NCBI GenBank assembly: GCA_005888425.1 | Contig: VAZF01000312.1 | Location: forward strand, 1-29,977 | Source: Alphaproteobacteria bacterium | GTDB taxonomy: Bacteria; Pseudomonadota; Alphaproteobacteria; ATCC43930; CGMCC-115725 | DNA length: 29,977 bases | Direction: 5' to 3' | Shown: positions 8,527 through 17,382 of the stretch, in pieces | Layout of the letters: each line of letters starts with the position of its first letter | How positions within the stretch are numbered: position 1 is the first letter of the stretch | Program-made: the position numbers and the translations under genes | Notes under the pieces: generated by a model | Told to the model about the DNA's origin: nothing | The model's database searches: none | Seen by the model: only the letters and a program-made list of their open reading frames with translations

Positions 8527-9759
8527 TCAGTAGACAGGGTCGCGCGACACCGGGCAGGTCATACAATGACCGCCACCACGGCCGCGGCCGAGCTCGGATC
8601 CGCGCACCGTGATGACTTCGATGCCGGCCTTGCGCAGCAGTGTGTTTGTGTAGGTGTTGCGGTCATAGGCCACAACTACGCCCGGCTCGAGCGCGACGAC
8701 GTTGTTGCCATCATCCCATTGCTCGCGCTCGGCCTGCCACGCGTTTCCCCCGGTCTCAATGACCTGCAGCGCGTCGAGTCCCAGCGCGTTCTTTACCACC
8801 TCCAGCAACGGCGCGTGATCGGGCCGAACCTCGAATGCGCCGTCGGCGCCGGTCGGGTAGATGCTGTAGCAAGCGATGTGATCGACCACTTCGCGGAAAA
8901 CCGTGCACTTGTCGCGATCGCAGAAGCTGAACACTGTATCGAGATGCATCGCCGCACGGCTCTTAGGCATCACGCAGGCAATCACCCGCGTCGCAGCGTT
9001 TTCCCTGAACAGGCTGTGCACGACTTGGCCGACGGCTTGATGCGTCGTGCGCTCGCCCATGCCGATCAGCACGATGCCTTTGCCGATCGGCATGACATCG
9101 CCGCCTTCGATGCTCGCGCCAGTGAACTCCTCGTCGGCATCGCCAAACCAGATTTTGAAATCGCCGCGCTTAAAGCTGGGATGGAACTTGTAGATGGCCC
9201 GCTGCAGTAAGGTTTCGGGCTTGCGCGCCGGCCAGAACATCGGGTTGCAGGTCACACCGCCATAGATCCAGCACGACGGATCCCGCTGAAAGAGCGTGTT
9301 CGGAATCGGCGGCACCAGAAACGATGTGCCGCCCAGGATCTCCAGAAGCAACGCCGAGCTCTCGCTTTGCGGCAGATCCTCAATGGCGATACCGCCGATC
9401 AGGTGGTCGGCCAGCTGCTTTGCCGGCATCGCATCGAGCCAAGGCCGGACAGCGCGAGTGACAACCAGCCCAACGCTATTGGCGGTAATGCGCCGTTCGA
9501 GGATCCAAGAGCGTGCGTCGGGATCGTCTAGCGTCGCCGCGAGCAGATCGTGCAGCTCGAGAACCTCGGCGCCGCGGCTCTGCAATTTCAGCACGAAATC
9601 GTAGTGATCCTTTTGTGCTTCCTGCACCCAGAGGACGTCGTCGAACAAAAGCGCGTGGCAATTGCCCGGGGTCAGCCTTTGATGCGCGAGGCCAGGCCGA
9701 CAGACCATGACGGTTCGGAGTTTTCCGACTTCCGAATGGACGCCAAATGTCCGTTCCAT
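8527..9759 (-). CDS. arcA: Arginine deiminase
   Basis: [29 protein letters not shown] and [13 protein letters not shown] (catalytic Cys). Confidence 0.97.
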   Translation of the reverse strand: MERTFGVHSEVGKLRTVMVCRPGLAHQRLTPGNCHALLFDDVLWVQEAQKDHYDFVLKLQSRGAEVLELHDLLAATLDDPDARSWILERRITANSVGLVVTRAVRPWLDAMPAKQLADHLIGGIAIEDLPQSESSALLLEILGGTSFLVPPIPNTLFQRDPSCWIYGGVTCNPMFWPARKPETLLQRAIYKFHPSFKRGDFKIWFGDADEEFTGASIEGGDVMPIGKGIVLIGMGERTTHQAVGQVVHSLFRENAATRVIACVMPKSRAAMHLDTVFSFCDRDKCTVFREVVDHIACYSIYPTGADGAFEVRPDHAPLLEVVKNALGLDALQVIETGGNAWQAEREQWDDGNNVVALEPGVVVAYDRNTYTNTLLRKAGIEVITVRGSELGRGRGGGHCMTCPVSRDPVY

Positions 9760-9854
9760 GTCGCTCCCGCTACGCCTGATCTACGACAGACCCGCTCGTC
9801 CGCGATCCGGTCGAGAAGGTTCATCTGATGATCTGCAGAACCGGTGCGGCAACC

Positions 9855-9868
9855 TTGATTTAGATCAA
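9855..9868. promoter_or_regulatory. Perfect FNR/FixK/ANR box upstream of arcA
   Basis: CC-TTGAT-TTAG-ATCAA-GG, an extended palindrome at 9853-9870, about 96 bp upstream of the arcA ATG. Confidence 0.9.
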
Positions 9869-9980
9869 GGGCAAATTGACCGGCGCGATACCGCTTTCAT
9901 TTTTCGGCAGGGCGACGAATTCTTTTGCTTAATGAGCATAGCTGTGTCGGCCCGCGTCACGGGGGCAGCTTTCGAACGGC

Positions 9981-10220
9981 TTAATGACGCTCGGCGCCGG
10001 TCTTGTCGTCTTCGGTTGCCATCCGTAACGCGTCCTCGATCTCCCGCCTGTATGGCGCGAGATCGACGGATCGGCTGCAGTACGGGCACGGGATCGAGTC
10101 GTGCGCCTTGAGCCGGCGAAGAACTTCCTTGAAGCGATTACCGCATTGCGGATGACCGCAGACGAGATTGAACAGCCAGAGATCCAGGAGACTCATGCCG
10201 GGCGGCGGTATCAAAGGCAT
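9981..10220 (-). CDS. Small putative zinc-ribbon protein (CxxxxC...CPxC), function unknown
   Basis: ORF fills the gap between the binding-protein gene and the arcA promoter and contains VCGHPQCG...PCPYCS. Start uncertain (10244, 10220 or 10196). Confidence 0.55.
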   Translation of the reverse strand: MPLIPPPGMSLLDLWLFNLVCGHPQCGNRFKEVLRRLKAHDSIPCPYCSRSVDLAPYRREIEDALRMATEDDKTGAERH

Positions 10221-10240
10221 GCCTAACTTTCTCGCCAGCC

Positions 10241-11185
10241 TCAATCGGGCAGCGCGGTCAGCCGGAAGAACGTGATCGCGCTGTCGTCCGGTTTGCCGAA
10301 CCAGGCCGCATACAGGCCCCGAAACTCCTTGGATTTGTACAGCCGGCTCAGCGTTCGATCGATAATGAGGCGGAAATCGTCATCGTCCCGCCGGAGCGCG
10401 AGCGCGAAGGGCTCATAGGTGAAGAGCCGATCGAGCACATCCTCCGAGCTGCTGCGCCGCGCCGCTTCCAATAGAATCGCGCGGTCGGCAAAAAGCGCGT
10501 CGGAGCTGCCGTTGAGCACCCGCTGGATGCCGGCTTCGTAGTTATCCACCGGCGCGACATTGGCAGCGATATCGAATTCTTTCAGCCGTCCCGTCAGCCA
10601 GCTCTCGCTGGTCGTACCTTTGACGGCCGAGAATGTCTTCCTCTCCAAGAAGGTGCGCGCGGGCGAGCCGCGCCAAATCGGATGCGAGGGCGGCGGCGCC
10701 TCGGCCAGGATGTCGCGGAGCGCCGAGGGAGCGTCGTTGCGCAGCATGGCGCCGATTCCGCCGGGAAAAATCGGGATCGAGAACGCGACTTCCTTTCGCC
10801 GCGCCAAGGTTGCCGTATCCGCGCCGCACAGGAGCGCAACCTTGCCTTGCTTCAGATCGTCGAAGCGATCGGCAAGCGTAACGGGAACCCACTGCACGGT
10901 CAGCGAGGCAAGTCCAAGATCGGCCTTCACCTGATCGACGATTTGCTGGCACAGCGCGACCGAGTACCCGGCCGGTTTGTCCGATCGGTCACGATAGGAA
11001 AATGGCTGTGCGTCCACCCGATAGCCGAACGTGATCTTCCCCTCCGCCCTGATCCGGTCGAGATTGGCGCTTGCGGCCGAGGCTGGTTGTGCGGTGGTCA
11101 GTAATGTCACGGCAAAGAATGCGAATGCGAAGCCAAGGGTCTGCGCTTGGTGTGGACGCCGATTCTCTGAGAACGCGCCTCGCAT
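10241..11185 (-). CDS. Polar amino-acid ABC-type substrate-binding protein (GltI/GlnH-like)
   Basis: Signal peptide, then GYRVDAQPFSY, RFDDLKQGKVALLCG, TLARRKEVAFSIPIF and KGTTSE. AGGAGA RBS precedes ATG 11185. Confidence 0.88.
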   Translation of the reverse strand: MRGAFSENRRPHQAQTLGFAFAFFAVTLLTTAQPASAASANLDRIRAEGKITFGYRVDAQPFSYRDRSDKPAGYSVALCQQIVDQVKADLGLASLTVQWVPVTLADRFDDLKQGKVALLCGADTATLARRKEVAFSIPIFPGGIGAMLRNDAPSALRDILAEAPPPSHPIWRGSPARTFLERKTFSAVKGTTSESWLTGRLKEFDIAANVAPVDNYEAGIQRVLNGSSDALFADRAILLEAARRSSSEDVLDRLFTYEPFALALRRDDDDFRLIIDRTLSRLYKSKEFRGLYAAWFGKPDDSAITFFRLTALPD

Positions 11186-11220
11186 ATTTTGTCTCCTGTT
11201 CCGGCGGTCGCTCATCACGG

Positions 11221-12567
11221 TCAGGCCGCCTTGGCTCGCGGAGCGACCGCCAGCTGGGTTGAGGTGAACCGGGGAGCGATAAAGCCCCAGATCACAAAGG
11301 CGAGGGCCGTAACGAGCATGCCTCCAAGCACGGCATCCTTGCCTGAAGCATAGATCGCATAAGTGCTGTAGAGCATCGCGACCAATGCCACCGCGACATT
11401 TAGCCGATATTGGAATTTAGAGATGTCCACCGCCTGCATCATGACCATCAAGGCCGATAACGCGATGATGTAGGGAACGACGTTCGTTACGACCGCGAGG
11501 CTGACGAGCGCCGAGAACTGCTCGCTGAGGCTCGGCGAGATCGTCGACAGCGCCATCGCGGATTGAACGACACCCAATACGATCATCCCGGTGATCGGCG
11601 CGCCCATCCGGTTCACTTTCGAGAACAAGCTCGGAAACATCCGTTCATCCGCAGCGGCCTTCCCGGTCGCTGCTATCGTGAACTGCCACCCGAGCAATGA
11701 ACCGAGGCAGGCAACCACCGCGAGCCCCATGATGATCGACCCGACTACCGGGTTGAACATATGCGCATAAGCCGTTCCGAAAGGTCCGGTCGACTTTGCC
11801 AATTCGAGGTTTGGCACGATGCCTTGAATCACCGTCGTCGAGAGAATGTAGATGACGGCCGCGCCAAGCGTACCAAACATGCAGGCCAGCGGGACGTCGC
11901 GTTTCGGGTTCTCGACCGCAGCGGAATTCTGCGCCGCCGATTCCATGCCGAGAAATGCCCACAGAGTCAGCGAAATGCTCGAGCCCATGCCTTCCAGGAG
12001 GCTCAACCCCTTTGGGTTCCAGGCGGCCCCAAAGATCTCCGGACTGAACCAGAACCAGCCGATCAGCGACAGCGCGCCGACGGGGATAATAACGCCCCAC
12101 ACGGTCACCGAGCCGATGCGGCCGGTGACGCTCGGACCGCCGAAATTTGCCACCGTCGTCAGCCAAAGCAGAGCAATGACCCCAATGCAGGTCGCGATCG
12201 GGGTCGAAGACAGCCAAGGCATAAATGACGCCAGGTAGCCGACGGCGGAGATGGCTATCGCGACATTGCCGACCGCCAGAGAGAGGAAGTACAGAAAGAA
12301 CACAAGGAAGTAGCCGGACTTGCCGTAGGCGTCCTCGGCATAGGCCGACATGCCGCCGGGCCGTTGATTGAAGAGGCCGGCCTGCGCGAAGCCATAGGCG
12401 ATCGCCATCGACCCCAATGCCGTCACGATCCAGGACAGCAGCGAGATCGCGCCGACCTGCGCCATATTGGTCGGCAACATGATGATGCCGGAGCCCATCA
12501 TGTTCACGGCGACGATAAACGTCAGCTGAACCAGGTTCATCCGCTTTATGTCTTGTTGCCCCTGCAT
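11221..12567 (-). CDS. potE: Putrescine/ornithine antiporter (APC family)
   Basis: VNMMGSGIIMLP, TLWAFLGMESA, VENPKRDVP and GSLLGWQFTIA, closely matching E. coli PotE as I recall it. GGAGG RBS before ATG 12567. Directly downstream of the ornithine decarboxylase gene. Confidence 0.9.
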   Translation of the reverse strand: MQGQQDIKRMNLVQLTFIVAVNMMGSGIIMLPTNMAQVGAISLLSWIVTALGSMAIAYGFAQAGLFNQRPGGMSAYAEDAYGKSGYFLVFFLYFLSLAVGNVAIAISAVGYLASFMPWLSSTPIATCIGVIALLWLTTVANFGGPSVTGRIGSVTVWGVIIPVGALSLIGWFWFSPEIFGAAWNPKGLSLLEGMGSSISLTLWAFLGMESAAQNSAAVENPKRDVPLACMFGTLGAAVIYILSTTVIQGIVPNLELAKSTGPFGTAYAHMFNPVVGSIIMGLAVVACLGSLLGWQFTIAATGKAAADERMFPSLFSKVNRMGAPITGMIVLGVVQSAMALSTISPSLSEQFSALVSLAVVTNVVPYIIALSALMVMMQAVDISKFQYRLNVAVALVAMLYSTYAIYASGKDAVLGGMLVTALAFVIWGFIAPRFTSTQLAVAPRAKAA

Positions 12568-12600
12568 CGGGCGTTCCTCCCTGCTTTCAGCGCGCAACGC

Positions 12601-14964
12601 TCACTCGCGGACGACGTAGGTGTAAAACTTGATGCGGCCGTCGACCCGCTCCTGGAAAACCCCTTGGACTTCATAATTGAAGCCCGGGAATCGATTGAAC
12701 GACTCCTGAAAGGCGAGGAAGTAGTCGAGCATCGGCCGGGCCCTGTCGTCCCAACGCTCGCCGGGGATCACTACCCCGATGCCCGGCGGATAGATCAGTG
12801 CGAGCGTCGCGGAGATGCGTCCTTTGACGTCCTCGAGCGGTACATAATCGACATCATTGGCAACTAGGGCCTCGTAGGCGTCCTTTGGCGACATCGCAAG
12901 CTCGGGAAAGCTGGATGCTCGAAAACACTGCCGCTGCAGATCTTTGATGTTAGCTTCGCGATAGAAGCGGTGCATTTCATTGCAGATCCGCTGCAAGGTA
13001 TAACCCTGGTAGCGCTCACGATGCGCCTCGCAGATGGTCGGCAAGGCTTCCGGCAGCGCCGCATCGCGATCCCATAGGTTTTTGAAATTCACCAGCTTGG
13101 CAAGCAACGTGTTGAGCTTGCTTTCGTCCTCCGCCGGCGTCATCAGAAACAGGATGCTGTTGAGGTCGCATTTCTCCGAAATGATCCGCTGCTCACGGAG
13201 GTAGTTCGCGACCACGGTCGCAGGGACGCCGAAATCGAGATACTCGCCGGTCTTCCGATCGATCCCCGGCGTCAACAGTGCCAGCTTGTTTGGATCGACC
13301 ATGGCGTAGCCTTCGTCGTACCCGGCATAGCCGTGCCACTTACTTTGCGGATGAAAACTCCAGCACTGCTGCTCGCGTTTGATGACCTCGGTGGGTATGT
13401 TCTCCCACGGTATATCGATCAGGTCCTCGGTAAAGCGAGATCCCTCGATCGTCACCACATCGGGAACGAACGGATCGAAGAACCACTTGTCTTCGTCGCA
13501 GCGCCCCGTATCGGCATAATAATTACAGAATTCGCGAAACTTCTTGCGAACCTCGATGCCGAGCTCGATGCACCGATCCCACAGGACCTCGCCGGCTTTG
13601 CCCTCGTGGACTTTGGCATTGACGTCGAGCGAGGCGAATAGTGGGTAAAAGGGCGACGTCGACGCGCTCATCAGGAAGGATTCGTTGAAGCGCTTGTGCT
13701 CGATAAAGCGCTTCTGTCCCTTGATATGCTCGTCGCGCTTATGGATCTGGGAGGCCTGCGAGAATCCGGCGCCCTGCTTGTGAACGGATTGCGTCGAGAA
13801 CAGCCCGGGCATTTCGGGGCCCAGCTCCTCGAGCCGCATCGGGCTGTGGCCCTCGAACAGAGGGTGAAAGGCGTTGTAGCCGATCCACGCCTCGTCCCAC
13901 AGAACGTAGTCGCAGAGGTGGCCGATTTTTTCCAGCACCTTTCGAACGTTGTAGACAGTGCCGTCGTAGGTCGCGAGCTGGATACAGGCGAGGCGGAACG
14001 GGCGTGCGGCGGTGAAGCGCTCCGGATCCGTCACGAGCGGATGTTTTCGGATCTGCTCGCGCAGGTAACCCTCGTCCCATGCGTCCCAGTCGACAGCGCC
14101 GATCATTCCGAACGGATTGCGGGCAGTCGGCAGGAAGATCGGAATGGCCCCGGCCTGGACCAGTGCGCCCTGGTGCAGCGATTTGTGGTTGTTGCGGTCG
14201 AACAGAACAAGATCGCCGCGGCGAAGCACCGCGTTGGCGACGACTTTGTTCGATGTGCTCGTGCCGTTCAGCACGAAATATGTTTTGTCGGCACCAAACA
14301 CGCGCGCCGCGTATTTCTGAGCCTCGACGGCCGCGCCCTCGTGGATCAGCAAATCGCCGAGGTCGACATCGGCATTGCACAGATCGTTGCGGAAGATGGT
14401 TTCGCCGAAATGCTTGAAGAAGAGCTGGCCGGCGGGAGATTTGCGATAGAACTGGCCACCCTGATGGCCGGGGCAATCAAAGGCGATATTGGCTTCACCG
14501 TCATACGCCATCAGCCCGCCGAAGAACGGCGGCAGCAAGGACAGCCCGTATTTCACGACACTCGCGACGACCTGCTTGGCGTAAAACGCGGGCGTCTGCT
14601 GCCCGAGGTAGATGTAGCCGCTCACCTCGCCGGTGAGCCCGAGGACGGCGAGATCGGAGATGCGGTGCGAATCCGCAAGCCCCCAAAGCGGCGTGTGAAA
14701 CCCGTTGGCGCGGACCGACCGAGCAAGGTTGCGAGCCTTTTCGAGCCGCTCGCCATCGACCAGCGCAATGTAGGCGCCGACCGCCGCGTCCTCCGATACG
14801 TCCCGCTCGAAGCTATGGCTGATCTCGACCTCAAAATTCTGAGCCGCGATGTGATCGATCAGCTGCTTTGTCTGCGCATCCGCCGCGTCGACGATCGCAA
14901 CTACCTTCAACAGCTTATGAAACGGGACCGGGATGGTCGGCGCCCTGACGTCGCGCGGGATCAT
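12601..14964 (-). CDS. speF: Ornithine decarboxylase, AAT-fold wing-domain (SpeF/SpeC) family
   Basis: FDCPGHQGG, DLCNADVDLGDLLIHEG, FDRNNHKS, and the PLP-lysine motif TQSVHKQGAGFSQASQIH of the SpeF type. Adjacent to potE. Confidence 0.85.
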   Translation of the reverse strand: MIPRDVRAPTIPVPFHKLLKVVAIVDAADAQTKQLIDHIAAQNFEVEISHSFERDVSEDAAVGAYIALVDGERLEKARNLARSVRANGFHTPLWGLADSHRISDLAVLGLTGEVSGYIYLGQQTPAFYAKQVVASVVKYGLSLLPPFFGGLMAYDGEANIAFDCPGHQGGQFYRKSPAGQLFFKHFGETIFRNDLCNADVDLGDLLIHEGAAVEAQKYAARVFGADKTYFVLNGTSTSNKVVANAVLRRGDLVLFDRNNHKSLHQGALVQAGAIPIFLPTARNPFGMIGAVDWDAWDEGYLREQIRKHPLVTDPERFTAARPFRLACIQLATYDGTVYNVRKVLEKIGHLCDYVLWDEAWIGYNAFHPLFEGHSPMRLEELGPEMPGLFSTQSVHKQGAGFSQASQIHKRDEHIKGQKRFIEHKRFNESFLMSASTSPFYPLFASLDVNAKVHEGKAGEVLWDRCIELGIEVRKKFREFCNYYADTGRCDEDKWFFDPFVPDVVTIEGSRFTEDLIDIPWENIPTEVIKREQQCWSFHPQSKWHGYAGYDEGYAMVDPNKLALLTPGIDRKTGEYLDFGVPATVVANYLREQRIISEKCDLNSILFLMTPAEDESKLNTLLAKLVNFKNLWDRDAALPEALPTICEAHRERYQGYTLQRICNEMHRFYREANIKDLQRQCFRASSFPELAMSPKDAYEALVANDVDYVPLEDVKGRISATLALIYPPGIGVVIPGERWDDRARPMLDYFLAFQESFNRFPGFNYEVQGVFQERVDGRIKFYTYVVRE

Positions 14965-17221
14965 TGGCCGATCCCTCGCTTGACGCAGTCGACGAGATAG
15001 CGTCTTCCGGTGGTGATTGGCTCGAACCGTAATCCATGGATATCGGTCTCGAAGCCGGGAAACCGCCGGTCAAACTCACGCGCGTACAAAAGGTAGTCCT
15101 GGATCGATTGGGTGGCCGCGGTGATGCGCTCGCCCGGCATGATGAGCGGGATGCCTGGCGGATAGGGGACCAGCATCACGGCGAGTGTTCGGCCCCCCAG
15201 CTCGTCGATATCGACGCTCTCGACATCACCCCGCACCAGGCATTCATAGGCATCGGCCGGGCGCATCGCCATCTCAGGCAGCGTCGTGTACATGTCGCAC
15301 TGTGCCTTCGGCACATTGTCGTCGCGGTAAACGTGGTGCATGCGATCGCACAGCTCCCGCAGCCCAATCGACGCATAGGCTTCGGGATGCGCCTCGACCA
15401 AGGCCGGTAGGACGCGGAAAAGCGGCGCGTCGCTGTCGTACAGGTCCTTGAAATTGAGCAGCTCGGTGACGAGCGTGCTCCATTTGCCCCTGGTGACGCC
15501 CATCGAGAACAGCACGAGGAAGGAGTAGAGGCCGGTCTTCTCGATTTCGATGCGGCGCGACGACAGGAACTTGGTCACCACCGCGGCCGGAATACCCTGG
15601 TCGTGCATATCGCCGCCCGCCGATAGGCCCGGCGTCAGGATCGTGACCTTGATGGGGTCGACCAGAACGTGGTTCTCGGCAAGCCCTTCGAAGCCGTGCC
15701 AGCCGGCTCCCAGCTTGAGCACCCAGCTCGATGGCGCATCGACCGGATGCTCTCCGATATCGTCCGGCTGCCACACGTCAAACCACCAGGAGTCGTTCAC
15801 CTGCTGCCTGACGGCGGTCATGGCTCGTCGAAAGCCAAGGGCTTCCTCGATCATCTCCTGGACGAGGGCTCTGCCGCCCGGCTGCTCCATCATGGCGGCG
15901 GCAACATCGCAGGACGCGATGATCCCGTATTGCGGCGAGGTCGAGGTGTGCATCATGAACGCGTCGTTGAAGCGCGCCATGTCCACACGTGCCGTCTCGC
16001 CGTGCTGGATATGAATCATCGACGCTTGCGAGAACGCCGCCAGCAGCTTGTGAGTGGATTGCGTCGCAAAGGTGATTGCGTGTGGCGAGCGCGCCGGCTG
16101 CGTCGACGAGATCGCGTGATAGCCATCGTAGAATTCGTGGAAATTTGCGTAGGCGTACCAAGCTTCGTCGAAGTGGAGCACCTCAATGGTATCGCCGAGG
16201 CTCTGCTTGATCGCATCCACGTTGTAGCAAAGCCCGTCATAGGTGGAATTGGTCATCACCATCAGACGGACCTTGCCACTCGTCTGTGCCGCGGCAGGGT
16301 TTGCGGCGATCTTTGCTTGGATCGCTTCCGGGGCGATTGGTCGCGCGAGATCGGACCGATGATGCCGAGGCCGTTGCGCGAGGGCGTCAGGTAGATCGGC
16401 GTCGCGCCGGTCATGATCAACGAATGCAAGATCGATTTGTGGCAGTTGCGGTCGCAGAGGACGATGTCGCCGCGGCTCACCGTGCCATGCCAGACGATCT
16501 TGTTCGCTGTGGAGGTGCCGCCGACGACGAATAAGGTTTCGTCGGCGCCGAAGATGCGCGCCGCATTTCGCTCACCTGCCGCGATCGGGCCGGTGTGATC
16601 GAGCAGCGAACCGATCTCGCCAACCGACACGGAGATGTCGGAGCGCAGCGTGTTCTCGCCGAAAAACTGGTAGAAGAGCTGGCCCACCGGGCTCTTGCGA
16701 AACGCGACGCCGCCGCCATGGCCGGGCGTGTGCCACGAGTAGCTGGCATGCAGCGTATAATCCATCAGCGCCTTGAACATCGGCGGCGGCAACCCGTCGA
16801 GATAGAGGTGCGCCGACCGGGCGATGGCGCGCGCCATGAACTCGAAGGAATCCTCGAACAATCGCATAAAGGCGTTCGCGTGCTTGAGGACGCTCGAGGG
16901 CACCATCTCCGCCGTGACCTCGTCGCCGAACAGAAAAATCGGCAAACGGTCGTTGCGCCGCCGCTTCGCCAACAGGACCTGTTCCAGTATTTGCCAGCGC
17001 GTTTGCTCGGCTTCGATGCCGTCTACGGACACGAGCCAGCAGGATTCGTTATTGGCGACATTGACGAGGCGCCTCGCATCGTCGTAGCTGAGATCCGCGA
17101 CGACACGGAATCCCTCCTGCTCGATAGCGGCGGCCAGTTGACGCATGCCGCGCCCGGCGGCGCGCTTTCCGTCATAGTCTTCATCAATGATGGCCACGGG
17201 GAATGCTTGCAGAAAATCCAT
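14961..17221 (-). pseudogene. LdcA-type lysine/arginine decarboxylase interrupted by a 1-nt deletion near 16336 (real lesion or sequencing error)
   Basis: The N half has SWHTPGHGGGVAF and DRNCHKS; the C half has NSTYDG, HFDEAW and TQSTHKLLAAFSQAS. Restoring one T (GACCAATCGCC to GACCAATTCGCC) gives GPISRDQFAPEAIQAKIAANP...GKVRLMVMTNSTYDG and a single 753-aa ORF. Confidence 0.88.
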
Positions 17222-17298
17222 GGCGCCCCGCGTACTCCTGCGACGCTTTGCTGATGATTGCTTGGGGCAGAAGATCGAAGAGAGGCCGTCCGCGAGCA

Positions 17299-17312
17299 TT
17301 GACCCAAATCAA
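17299..17312. promoter_or_regulatory. FNR/FixK box upstream of the decarboxylase operon
   Basis: TTGAC-CCAA-ATCAA, 9/10 match, 78 bp upstream of ATG 17221. Confidence 0.75.
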
Positions 17313-17382
17313 TCCGGCCGCGTGACTGGAACCTGCGGCTAACTCGTAAGCATGCCGGTCGTTGCCCGCGGCTGGGTGGCGG

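Noticed and set aside
13696-15000. 434-aa plus-strand ORF, and similar long antisense ORFs (5560-6318, 6680-7528, 15669-16394, 17968-19083, 19141-20025)
   Set aside because: They lie fully antisense to well-supported genes and have no recognisable motifs. They are typical shadow frames of GC-rich coding DNA.
16320-16345. Programmed ribosomal frameshift in the decarboxylase
   Set aside because: There is no slippery X-XXY-YYZ site, and a single restored base gives the conserved Phe, so a plain deletion or error is simpler.
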